This document shows, one piece after another, positions 8,994 to 16,848 of a stretch of 31,823 bases of DNA. Source of the DNA: Solirubrobacterales bacterium (GTDB lineage: Bacteria; Actinomycetota; Thermoleophilia; Solirubrobacterales; Solirubrobacteraceae). A program made the position numbers and the translations under genes. The notes beneath the pieces were generated by a model. It worked only from the letters and a program-made list of their open reading frames with translations. It searched no databases and was not told the origin of the DNA. The first letter of the stretch is position 1, and each line of letters begins with the position of its first letter. Location of the stretch: contig JAOPZQ010000136.1 in NCBI GenBank assembly GCA_025964075.1, positions 1-31,823 of the forward strand, read 5' to 3'.

Positions 8994-9224
8994 ATGAAGC
9001 CCACCAGAACACGTCTTATCGGGGTCGCGACCGCCCTGAGTACGATCGCCATCGCCATCCCGGCGTCGCCCGCGGGCGCCGCGACGGCCGCTCCCGTCCC
9101 CGCCCGGCCGGCGGCCGCGGTAGTCGGGACCACGTTCATCAGCACCGCCGCGTCGACCTTCACCAACATGAACAACCAGGTCTCGCCCGGTGGCAACTCC
9201 TCGGGGAGCCAATCCGCCCGGTGA
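8994..9224 (+). CDS. small secreted hypothetical protein, 76 aa
   Basis: MKPTRTRLIGVATALSTIAIAIPASPAGA signal peptide (AGA cleavage); Thr/Ser/Asn-rich mature part; GC3-biased codons. Confidence 0.65.
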   Translation: MKPTRTRLIGVATALSTIAIAIPASPAGAATAAPVPARPAAAVVGTTFISTAASTFTNMNNQVSPGGNSSGSQSAR

Positions 9225-9403
9225 CGCCCCGCATCGGGCGATCCGCGCGTCGGTCTCATCCGAACGAACGAGAGCGGTCCCCATTTGTAAGAGCCCCTCT
9301 TCGGATCTTCACAGGCCGCTCTTCGGCTCATCACGCGGAGGCATTACGGCCTCGTCGCATAGTGGGATCAACCCCGGACTCACGATGCAAGGGATGAACC
9401 ACC

Positions 9404-9814
9404 ATGACCTTCAAGCACAGGATTTTGAGCAGGCGCAAGCTCACCGCGTCCGTCGCTGCCGGCGCCGCGGCGATCGCGCTCGCGACCGGCGGCTACGCGA
9501 TCGCCAACTCCGGTTCGACCGGCACCACGAACGCGGCGACGGCGGGGAAGGTCGTCCCGTTCCAGCGCGGTAACCCGAGCCCGGCCACGCCGGTCGGTCA
9601 GGTCCCGGCGAACTTCAATCCCGGGACGGGCACGATCATCACCGGCACCGCGGCGAACAAGGCCAAGGCCGCTGCGGTTGCCGCCTACCCGGGAGGCACC
9701 GTCAACCGCGTCGTGCTGCTGAGCAACGGCGAGTACAACGTCCACATAATCGGCGTCAACTGGCCGCACCACGTATTCGTCAGCAAGACCTTCCAGGTCG
9801 TTGGCGCCGAGTAG
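9404..9814 (+). CDS. exported hypothetical protein with PepSY-like C-terminal domain, 136 aa
   Basis: Basic N-terminus plus hydrophobic helix; KAKAAAVAAYPGGTVNRV...GEYNVH resembles a PepSY repeat. Confidence 0.75.
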   Translation: MTFKHRILSRRKLTASVAAGAAAIALATGGYAIANSGSTGTTNAATAGKVVPFQRGNPSPATPVGQVPANFNPGTGTIITGTAANKAKAAAVAAYPGGTVNRVVLLSNGEYNVHIIGVNWPHHVFVSKTFQVVGAE

Positions 9815-9877
9815 GCGCGCCGGTCTTGCCAGCGCGGCGCGGGGACGAGGCGGCGATCCGTCCGGTCCGTCGGCACG

Positions 9878-10555
9878 TCACGGCCGGACCGGCGGATCGA
9901 TCCTCACGAGGCCGGTCTCGTAGGCGAGGACGACGAGCTGGGCGCGATCCCGCGCAGAGAGCTTGCTCATCGCGCGGCTGACGTGAGTCTTCGCCGTCGC
10001 CGCGCTGATCACGAGCCGCTCGGCGATCTCCTCGTTGCTGAGCCCGGTGGCCACGAGCGCCATCACCTCGCGCTCGCGGGCGGTGAGCAGCTCGAGCCCG
10101 CGCGAGGAGCCGGACGAGTACTTCGCGTGCGAGGCGAACTCCGCGATCAGCCGGCTCGTCACGCTCGGCGCGAGGAGCGCCGCGCCGTCGGCGACCACCC
10201 GGACGCCGTGCAGGATCTCGGTCGGCTCGGCGTCCTTGAGCAGGAACCCGCTCGCACCGCCGCGCAACGCTTCGAAGACGTACTCGTCGGTTTCGTAGGT
10301 GGTCAGGATCAGCACCCTCGTTCCGGCGAGGTCCGGGTCGGACACGATCCGCCGCGTCGCCTCGAGACCGTCGAGCACCGGCATCCGGATGTCCATGAGG
10401 ACCACGTTCGGACGACTGCGCCCCGCCACGGCGACCGCCTCCGCGCCGTCCGCGGCCTCGCCGACGACGACGATGTCGTCCTCGCCCTCGAGCAGGACGC
10501 GCACACCGGCGCGCACCAGCGCCTGATCGTCGGCGAGCAACACGCGGATCGTCAT
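9878..10555 (-). CDS. two-component response regulator, NarL/LuxR family, 225 aa
   Basis: LLADDQ, VLMDIRMP (phospho-Asp), GFLLKD, LTAREREV...GLSNEEIA HTH. Confidence 0.95.
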   Translation of the reverse strand: MTIRVLLADDQALVRAGVRVLLEGEDDIVVVGEAADGAEAVAVAGRSRPNVVLMDIRMPVLDGLEATRRIVSDPDLAGTRVLILTTYETDEYVFEALRGGASGFLLKDAEPTEILHGVRVVADGAALLAPSVTSRLIAEFASHAKYSSGSSRGLELLTAREREVMALVATGLSNEEIAERLVISAATAKTHVSRAMSKLSARDRAQLVVLAYETGLVRIDPPVRP

Positions 10556-11748
10556 GAGCGCACCGGTATCGGCAGGGTCGCTCGGACCCGGAAGCCCCCG
10601 CCATCCTTGGGACCGGTCTCGAGCTCACCGCCGAGCGCGTGCACCCGCTCGCGCATGCCCGGAATCCCATGCCCGTTGCGGTCGTGCACAGCGCTGGCGG
10701 CCTCGGCTCCCCGCGGGGCGTCTCCCCGGCCGTCGTCCTCGACGACGACCATGAGGACGTCGGGCCGGTACGCGAGCGAGACGCACGCCGCCGCCGGCCC
10801 GGCGTGACGCAGGACGTTCGTGAGCGACTCCTGGACGATCCGATACGCGGCAAGGTCGACGCTCGCGGGCAGCGGCGCGCGGGCGCCGCCGACGACCACC
10901 TCGGTCGGGATCCCGGCCTCGATCGTCGTCGAGACGAGCACGTCGAGCTGGTCGAGCCCGGGATCCGGGCCGCGCGCGTCGGCCTCGTCCCGCCGCAGCA
11001 CGCCCAGGATGCTGCGCAGCTCCCGCAGCGCCTCCTTGCTCGTCTGCTTGATCGTCCGCAGCGCCTCGGCGGCCCGCTCGGGCTGCTCCTCGATCACATG
11101 CGCGCCGACGCCGGCCTGGATGCTGATCATCGCGATCGTGTGCGCGATGACGTCGTGCAGCTCACGAGCGATGCGGAGCCGCTCCGCGTCGACGAGGCGG
11201 CGCGCCACCTCGTCCCGGGTCTGATCGGCGCTGCGCGCCCGGTCCTCGATCTCGGTGATGTAGTCACGGTGGCTCCGCACCGCCCAGCCGAGGAACAACG
11301 CGGCCAGCGCCAGCACCGGCTCGGCGACCGTCCTGCCGTCCGACCAGCCGTGCCGCTGGAGGAGACCCCGGGCCAGCGCGAGAACGAGGGCCGCGAGGGC
11401 GGCGAGCGCCAGCGGGCGCGATCGATCGCCACGCTGCGCGAGCGTGTACACGATGATCAGCGCCGGGAGGGAGATGGCGCCCGTGGCGTCGTCGGCGCCG
11501 ATCACCACGGCGGCGATCGCGAGCGTCGCGGCAAGCGTCGGAACCGGCCAGCGATGTCGCGCGACGAGCCCCGCCGCCACGGCTACCGCGAGCACGTACC
11601 CGGCGGCGCCGAGATGATCGGCGCTGTGTCCGCCGGCCTCCATCGCGCGCACCGTGACAAGCACGGCCGCAACGGCGAGCGCCACCGCGATGTCGGTCAG
11701 CGAGATCCGCGGCAGCGCCCGACTTCGGGCTGAGCGCCGATGCTCCAC
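10552..11748 (-). CDS. membrane sensor histidine kinase (HisKA_3), about 398 aa
   Basis: Several TM helices; RIARELHDVIAH H-box, QESLTNVLRHA N-box, GHGIPGMRERV; start uncertain (GTG 11748 chosen); ATGA-coupled to the response regulator. Confidence 0.88.
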   Translation of the reverse strand: MEHRRSARSRALPRISLTDIAVALAVAAVLVTVRAMEAGGHSADHLGAAGYVLAVAVAAGLVARHRWPVPTLAATLAIAAVVIGADDATGAISLPALIIVYTLAQRGDRSRPLALAALAALVLALARGLLQRHGWSDGRTVAEPVLALAALFLGWAVRSHRDYITEIEDRARSADQTRDEVARRLVDAERLRIARELHDVIAHTIAMISIQAGVGAHVIEEQPERAAEALRTIKQTSKEALRELRSILGVLRRDEADARGPDPGLDQLDVLVSTTIEAGIPTEVVVGGARAPLPASVDLAAYRIVQESLTNVLRHAGPAAACVSLAYRPDVLMVVVEDDGRGDAPRGAEAASAVHDRNGHGIPGMRERVHALGGELETGPKDGGGFRVRATLPIPVRS

Positions 11749-11823
11749 GCGGACAACATAGGGGACCCGTAGGGTCGCGATACCGCTGGTCCGGCCCGGC
11801 CGGTCGCCACGAACTACCACGTG

Positions 11824-11852
11824 GGGAGTACGCAGAGCGCCTGCGTACTCCC
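11824..11852. promoter_or_regulatory. perfect 12-bp inverted repeat GGGAGTACGCAG-agcgc-CTGCGTACTCCC in a divergent promoter region
   Basis: Read directly; candidate NarL-type regulator site or hairpin. Confidence 0.5.
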
Positions 11853-11921
11853 AGCGGGGTAGGGCCAAAGAGTCACCCGAGGGCCGACGACAGGCCGGGG
11901 CGTACCGAAGAGGATGCACCC

Positions 11922-12401
11922 ATGCGTAGGCTCTTCCTCATCCTCGGCATCCTGACGGCGGCGTCGCTCGGCGCGACCGTCGCCGGCGCCGCGACTCCGC
12001 GCCTCCCGGCGCAGGTCACCTCCAAGACGACCCCCGGGACGCGCACCAAGGCCGCGTACCGGTTCACCACCACGGGCTCCGTCGGCTTCTCGAGCAGCCC
12101 CGTGTGCCCGGCCGGGAAGACCGGCATCTACTGCGTCCCCCCGCCGCGCAGATGCATCGGCGGCGCCAAGGTCGTGGTGACGTTCAAGGTCGGCTCGAAC
12201 ACCATCTCGGCCCGTCGGGCGACCGTGGGAACGGATTGCCGGTTCCGGTCCACCGTGACCTTCAAGACGTCGCGCCTGCGGACGTACAGGCTGTTTCACT
12301 CCAAGCGCGGCCTGCTGCTCACCGTCAAGCAGCGCTTCGAAGGGGATGTCGAACTGGCGCCGGCCGCGGGTCTGACGCACCACGTTCGGGTCAAGGGCTG
12401 A
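11922..12401 (+). CDS. secreted hypothetical protein, basic and beta-rich, 159 aa
   Basis: Signal peptide MRRLFLILGILTAASLGATVAGA; four Cys; GAGGA SD. Confidence 0.75.
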   Translation: MRRLFLILGILTAASLGATVAGAATPRLPAQVTSKTTPGTRTKAAYRFTTTGSVGFSSSPVCPAGKTGIYCVPPPRRCIGGAKVVVTFKVGSNTISARRATVGTDCRFRSTVTFKTSRLRTYRLFHSKRGLLLTVKQRFEGDVELAPAAGLTHHVRVKG

Positions 12402-12419
12402 TGCTGCTCCGCGCCTTCC

Positions 12420-12440
12420 TTCGGCGTGAAGCACGCCGAA
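12420..12440. terminator. hairpin TTCGGCGTG-aag-CACGCCGAA between convergent genes
   Basis: Perfect 9-bp stem located between the two stop codons; no clear U-tract. Confidence 0.5.
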
Positions 12441-12468
12441 TGGTCGGGCGCCGCGACGCGCACAGCGC

Positions 12469-13080
12469 TTAGCGCGGCGACGCCAGGGACTGGCTCGCGA
12501 ACGCGGGCAGGACGGCGTCGACGACGCGTTCGGCGAGGCCGTCCTCGAGCGGGGCGCCGCTGAGCATGAGGCGGTAGTAGACGGGGCCGAAGAGCATCTC
12601 GTGCATGAGCTCGCGGTCGGTGTCGGGGCGCAGGTCGCCGCGCTCGATGCCGCGCTCGACCAGGCGGTGCACCTCGGCGACGCGTGTCGCGACGACGCGC
12701 TCGCGGAACGCGCGCGCGAGCTCGGGGTCGGCGGCGAGATCGGAGACGAGCCCCCGCATCACGCGGCCCATCAGGGTGGTGCCGAGGATCCTCACGGCGC
12801 TCTCGACGAACGCGACGAGTTCGTCGCGCGTGTCGTCGAGGTCGGGCACCGACACGAACTGCTCGACCATGTCGATGAGCACGGCGAGCGCGAGCTCGTC
12901 CTTGGAGCGCCAGCGTCGGTAGATCGTCGTCTTCGCGACCCCGGCGCGCGCGGCGACGCCCTCGACCGTCAAGCCCTGCACGCCGAGCTCGGCGAGCAGC
13001 TCGCGGGTGGCGTCGAGGATCGCCTCCCGCCGGCGGGACGCGCGGGACCCCTCGGTCTCCTCCGCTCGTTCGTGACCCAT
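12469..13080 (-). CDS. TetR/AcrR family transcriptional regulator, 203 aa
   Basis: HTH LTVEGVAARAGVAKTTIYRRW; C-terminal GIERGDLRPD...GPVYYR. Confidence 0.92.
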   Translation of the reverse strand: MGHERAEETEGSRASRRREAILDATRELLAELGVQGLTVEGVAARAGVAKTTIYRRWRSKDELALAVLIDMVEQFVSVPDLDDTRDELVAFVESAVRILGTTLMGRVMRGLVSDLAADPELARAFRERVVATRVAEVHRLVERGIERGDLRPDTDRELMHEMLFGPVYYRLMLSGAPLEDGLAERVVDAVLPAFASQSLASPR

Positions 13081-13115
13081 GTGACGAAACGTAGCGTAGC
13101 GTGCTGCTAGCTTTG

Positions 13116-13132
13116 CGCTACGCGCCGTAGCG
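13116..13132. promoter_or_regulatory. putative TetR operator CGCTACG-cgc-CGTAGCG, with extra CGTAGCG half-sites at about 13090-13101
   Basis: 7-bp perfect arms between divergent tetR and a small ORF. Confidence 0.55.
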
Positions 13133-13159
13133 TTCAACGTCAGTCAGAAAGGCAGGCCC

Positions 13160-13306
13160 ATGGCACACCGCATCGTCACGACCATCATCAACGCGCTGAA
13201 GCAGGAGGGGACGCAGGACGAGGTCCACTTCCACGCCCACGGCGGGCGGCCCTACCCGTGCTACGACGGTCGTTGCACCCGCGCCAGGCTCGACGCCGGC
13301 TCATAG
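13160..13306 (+). CDS. small His/Cys-containing hypothetical protein, 48 aa (MAHRIVTTIINALKQEGTQDEVHFHAHGGRPYPCYDGRCTRARLDAGS)
   Basis: Below the track cutoff; GAAAGGCAGG SD-like sequence, strongly GC3-biased codons, followed by a hairpin. Confidence 0.7.
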   Translation: MAHRIVTTIINALKQEGTQDEVHFHAHGGRPYPCYDGRCTRARLDAGS

Positions 13307-13324
13307 CCGGTAGCTCGCGTCGGA

Positions 13325-13352
13325 GGGCGGAGCGGCTCACGCCGTTCCGCCC
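13325..13352 (+). terminator. hairpin GGGCGGAGCGGC-tcac-GCCGTTCCGCCC after the 48-aa ORF
   Basis: 12-bp stem with one G-U pair; no U-tract. Confidence 0.45.
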
Positions 13353-13449
13353 CCGCGCGCGTACCGGCGGACTTCCGCGACGCGCTGACGAGTAGACGGA
13401 ACGGCGCCCCGATCACCCGGCGCGCCATGTGTGCCATCGTCGCGACGAC

Positions 13450-14484
13450 GTGCGCACGCTCGTACTGTCGGATCTACACCTCGGTGCGCGGCTGCGGCGC
13501 GATGTGCTGCGACAGGCGGAGCCGCGCAAGGCGCTGCTCGATGCGCTCGAGGGCGTCGAGCGGCTCGTGCTGCTCGGGGACGTGGTCGAGCTGCTGGAGG
13601 GGCGCGAGGCGCGGGCGATGGAGGTCGCCGAGCCGGTGCTGAGGGAGCTCGGCGCGCGAGTCGGCGCCCGAGGCGAGGTGATCGTCGTCCCCGGCAATCA
13701 CGACGTCGCGCTCGTACAGCCGTGGCTCAGGGCGCAGCAGACGCCGCTGGCCGTCGATACGGCGGTCCGAGTGGATGCGAGTCCCTTGCTCGTTCGCCTT
13801 GCGTCGTGGCTCGAGCCCGCCCGTGTGCGTGTCCATTACCCGGGCGTCTGGCTGTCCGAGCGCGTATGGGCAACCCACGGCCACTACCTCGATCGGCACC
13901 TGCTGCCGGAGTCCGCGTACGGCATCGCCCGCGGGCTGTTCGGGCGCGTGCCCCGGGGTGGCGCCACGCCGATCGAGTATGAGCGTGCCGGCGGCCCCTC
14001 CCTGACGCGGCTCGAGGCGCTGCTCACTCGCTGGCTGCCTCGGCCGCTCGCGTCGCTGGTGGACGACGTGGCGGAGTTGCTGCGCGCCTCCACGATGCCC
14101 GGGATCCCGCGGCGCCTGCTCAGCCACCGGCTCGCACCCGTGACCGCGATGCTGCTCGGGGTGCAGATGCGACGCGCGAGTATTCCCGCCCTAGCCCGTG
14201 TGGTCCACCGGCTCGAAGTCGACGCCGATTGGGTGATCTTCGGGCACGTCCACCGTCGCGGACCCCTCGCCGGTGACGATCCGCGGCGCTGGCGCGGTCC
14301 CGGTGGACGGCCGCGAATCGTCAACACGGGCAGCTGGGTCTACGAGCCGCTGCTGGTTCATCGCGCTGGGGCGTCGAACCCGTACTGGCCTGGCGGCGCG
14401 ATCCTGCTCGACGACGGTCTGGAGCCGCAGGCCATCGGGCTGCTCGACCATCTCGACGAGGGATCTTTCGGCCGCGGGGCGTAG
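13450..14484 (+). CDS. calcineurin-like metallophosphoesterase (LpxH-like motifs), 344 aa
   Basis: SDLHLG, GDVVE, GNHD, HGH, FGHVH, NTGSW; GTG 13450 gives the typical start MRTLVLSD. Confidence 0.88.
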   Translation: MRTLVLSDLHLGARLRRDVLRQAEPRKALLDALEGVERLVLLGDVVELLEGREARAMEVAEPVLRELGARVGARGEVIVVPGNHDVALVQPWLRAQQTPLAVDTAVRVDASPLLVRLASWLEPARVRVHYPGVWLSERVWATHGHYLDRHLLPESAYGIARGLFGRVPRGGATPIEYERAGGPSLTRLEALLTRWLPRPLASLVDDVAELLRASTMPGIPRRLLSHRLAPVTAMLLGVQMRRASIPALARVVHRLEVDADWVIFGHVHRRGPLAGDDPRRWRGPGGRPRIVNTGSWVYEPLLVHRAGASNPYWPGGAILLDDGLEPQAIGLLDHLDEGSFGRGA

Positions 14485-14577
14485 GGGCGAGTGGAGGGTC
14501 GAAGGCTGGCGGTGCGCAAAGTCAGACGACGGTCGGGCTTGTGACTGACGTCGGTGTCGGCCGTCGGCGAGCGGCGG

Positions 14578-15117
14578 TCACGGCCGGGCGGCGACGGTCG
14601 CGCGCAGACCGGTGGCGATCCCGGAGCGGGAGCGCGCGCGGACCGCGGCGGCGAGCGCGTCCGGCCACTCGGCGGTGCGAAGCTCGACATCGGGCGCTCC
14701 GAGCTGCGCGGCGGCTCTCGAGTTCAGGTGGGGGGCGAGGGCCCGGGCGCGCTGCTCGGCGGCGGCATGCTGGACGCGCAGCAGCGGCGTGCGGCCGGGG
14801 GTCGCGCAGTCGGCGAGGATGAGCCGCGCCGCCGGCTCGCGGGCTTGCCGTTCAGCGCGGGCCCACGGGATGTCCGCGCCGGCATCTTGGAGCGTGTCGC
14901 GGAGGGTCTGCCAGCCCTGGTGGCGTGTGTCGCAGCGGCGCACGAGCGTCCGCGCAAGCTCGTCGGCGAGCCGGAGGTCGGCGCTGGTGGGGCTGCCGGC
15001 GCTGTCGCTGAGCGCGTTCAGCGCCTCCGAGAACCGGCGGCCGTTCCGGACCGCGCCAGCGAGGTCGGCGCTGGAGCGTCGGCGCGGCGCGCGCGGGTTG
15101 GGGGCGGGTTGGTCCAC
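14578..15117 (-). CDS. hypothetical protein, about 179 aa (start uncertain, possibly frameshifted)
   Basis: GC3-biased codons and helical composition; no family recognised. Confidence 0.45.
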   Translation of the reverse strand: MDQPAPNPRAPRRRSSADLAGAVRNGRRFSEALNALSDSAGSPTSADLRLADELARTLVRRCDTRHQGWQTLRDTLQDAGADIPWARAERQAREPAARLILADCATPGRTPLLRVQHAAAEQRARALAPHLNSRAAAQLGAPDVELRTAEWPDALAAAVRARSRSGIATGLRATVAARP

Positions 15118-15356
15118 GCAGTGACGATATCGGGCCCCTGCTCGACCCGCAGCGCTGTGCCCGTGCCCAGCGTGCTTCGGACGCCGAGGTCGGCGCACTG
15201 CGCCGCCGCCGCGATGGGCGACGCGGCCAGATCCGAGGGCCAGGTGTCCTTGTCGTCACCCCTCGCCCCGTCGACACTCATGGCATGAAGTCATCCACCG
15301 TCAAGCCATCCACGATCGCCGGTGGGAGCCCCGATTTCCACCGAGCGGAATTGTGA

Positions 15357-15716
15357 GTGTTCCTGTTTCGCTTCCGCCGCAGCGCGTCGGCGCTTCAGCG
15401 GGGCGACGTCATCGTCGATCGCGATCGCGAGCACCTCGTGGTCCTGGACTGCGAGTACCGGGGCGACATCGTCCGCACGCGCCTGCAGGGCCACGGCGAG
15501 ATCGTCTTCGACTGGCCGCGGGACTTCCTCCTGTCCGTGTACCGCGACCGCAACGGCCGTCCGGGCGCGATCGACGAGGATACGCGGCGCCTGCGCTCGT
15601 ACGTGCTGTACGACTGGACGCCCGAGGGACAGGAGGCAGACCTCAGTCCGCGCTCAGGATGTGAACGCTCATCGCCGCGGAGTCGTCAACGAGCCAGCCC
15701 CCGCCGTTCTGGGTGA
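15357..15716 (+). CDS. hypothetical protein, 119 aa (last 74 nt overlap the thiolase antisense)
   Basis: First ~95 codons look globular and coding; the tail is low-complexity. Confidence 0.5.
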   Translation: MFLFRFRRSASALQRGDVIVDRDREHLVVLDCEYRGDIVRTRLQGHGEIVFDWPRDFLLSVYRDRNGRPGAIDEDTRRLRSYVLYDWTPEGQEADLSPRSGCERSSPRSRQRASPRRSG

Positions 15717-16842
15717 GGGCGATGCGGGCGCCGTCGACCTGGCGCGGGCCCGCGGCGCCGCGGAGCTGCCACGTCGCCTCGCAGATCTGCGCGAGCCCGG
15801 TCGCGCCGATCGGGTGGCCCTTGGAGAGGAGCCCGCCGCTGGTGTTGACGGGGATGTCCCCGCCGAGAGCGGTCCGGCCGGAATCGAGGAGCGCGGGTCC
15901 TTCGCCGGGCTCGGCGAGGCCGATCTGCTCGTAGGCCATGAGCTCGGCGGGCGCGCTGGCGTCGTGCACTTCGACGCAGTCCAGGTCCTCGGGGCCGATG
16001 CCGGCGCTCTCGAACGCCGCCTTCGCCGCGTGCCCCGTCGAGCCCGACGTCGGATCGGACTTGTCGTTGTGGTTGCCCGAGACGAGGACCGACGCGCGCA
16101 CGCGCGGGCCCGCGCGCCCCTCCCGCCGCGCGCGCTCCTCCGACATCAGCACGACCGCGGCCGCGCCATCGGAGATCGGCGAGCACATGAGGAGCGTCAG
16201 CGGGGCGACGATCTCCCGCGAGCCGAGCACCTGCTCGACCGTGAGGTGCGCCCCGTACTGCGCGCGCTCGTTGAGGGCCCCGTTGCCCTGCGCCTTGACG
16301 ACGACCTTGGCGAAGTGCTCGGGTGTCGCTCCCGAGCGGTCCATGTAGTCGCGCGACATCTGCGCGTAGAGGTCCATGAAGAGCGAGCGCTTGCTCGAGT
16401 CGGGCCCGGAGCCCATCTGCGCCACGAGCTCGGGCAGCGTCTCGATATCGACCGCGGTTCCGATGGCGGCCATGCCCACGGTCTTGTCCTCGGTCGCGAG
16501 CTTCTCGACACCCAGGCACATGACCATGTCGTACTGACCGTTCGCCACGGCGTGGTAGCCCAGGTGCATCGCGGTGGACGCTGACGCGCAGGCGTTCTCG
16601 AGGTTGAAGATGGGGATGCCCTCGAAGCCGAGCGGCCGCAGGACGACCTGGCCGCGGATCATCTCCTGCCCGGTGGTGAGCCCGGCGGCCGCGTTGGCCA
16701 CGTACGCGCTCTGGATGTCGGCCGCAGTGACGCCGGCGTCGGCGAGGGCGGCGGTCACCGCCTCGGCCGCGAGGTCCTTGAGCGTGCGCGTCGACTTGGC
16801 GAACCGCGTCATTCCCGCTCCGACGACGTGGACTTTGTTCAT
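15643..16842 (-). CDS. thiolase family protein, SCP-x/non-specific lipid-transfer type, 399 aa
   Basis: ENACASAS catalytic Cys, MCSPISDGAAA, EVHDA, KGHPIGATG. Confidence 0.92.
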   Translation of the reverse strand: MNKVHVVGAGMTRFAKSTRTLKDLAAEAVTAALADAGVTAADIQSAYVANAAAGLTTGQEMIRGQVVLRPLGFEGIPIFNLENACASASTAMHLGYHAVANGQYDMVMCLGVEKLATEDKTVGMAAIGTAVDIETLPELVAQMGSGPDSSKRSLFMDLYAQMSRDYMDRSGATPEHFAKVVVKAQGNGALNERAQYGAHLTVEQVLGSREIVAPLTLLMCSPISDGAAAVVLMSEERARREGRAGPRVRASVLVSGNHNDKSDPTSGSTGHAAKAAFESAGIGPEDLDCVEVHDASAPAELMAYEQIGLAEPGEGPALLDSGRTALGGDIPVNTSGGLLSKGHPIGATGLAQICEATWQLRGAAGPRQVDGARIALTQNGGGWLVDDSAAMSVHILSAD

Positions 16843-16848
16843 GGCGCA

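Noticed and set aside
13450-14484. Calling the phosphoesterase LpxH (lipid A biosynthesis)
   Set aside because: The motifs are generic for the family and the context points to a monoderm actinobacterium
15347-15357. GGAATTGTGAG, an 11-nt match to the lac operator start
   Set aside because: The rest of lacO is absent and there is no vector context; most likely chance
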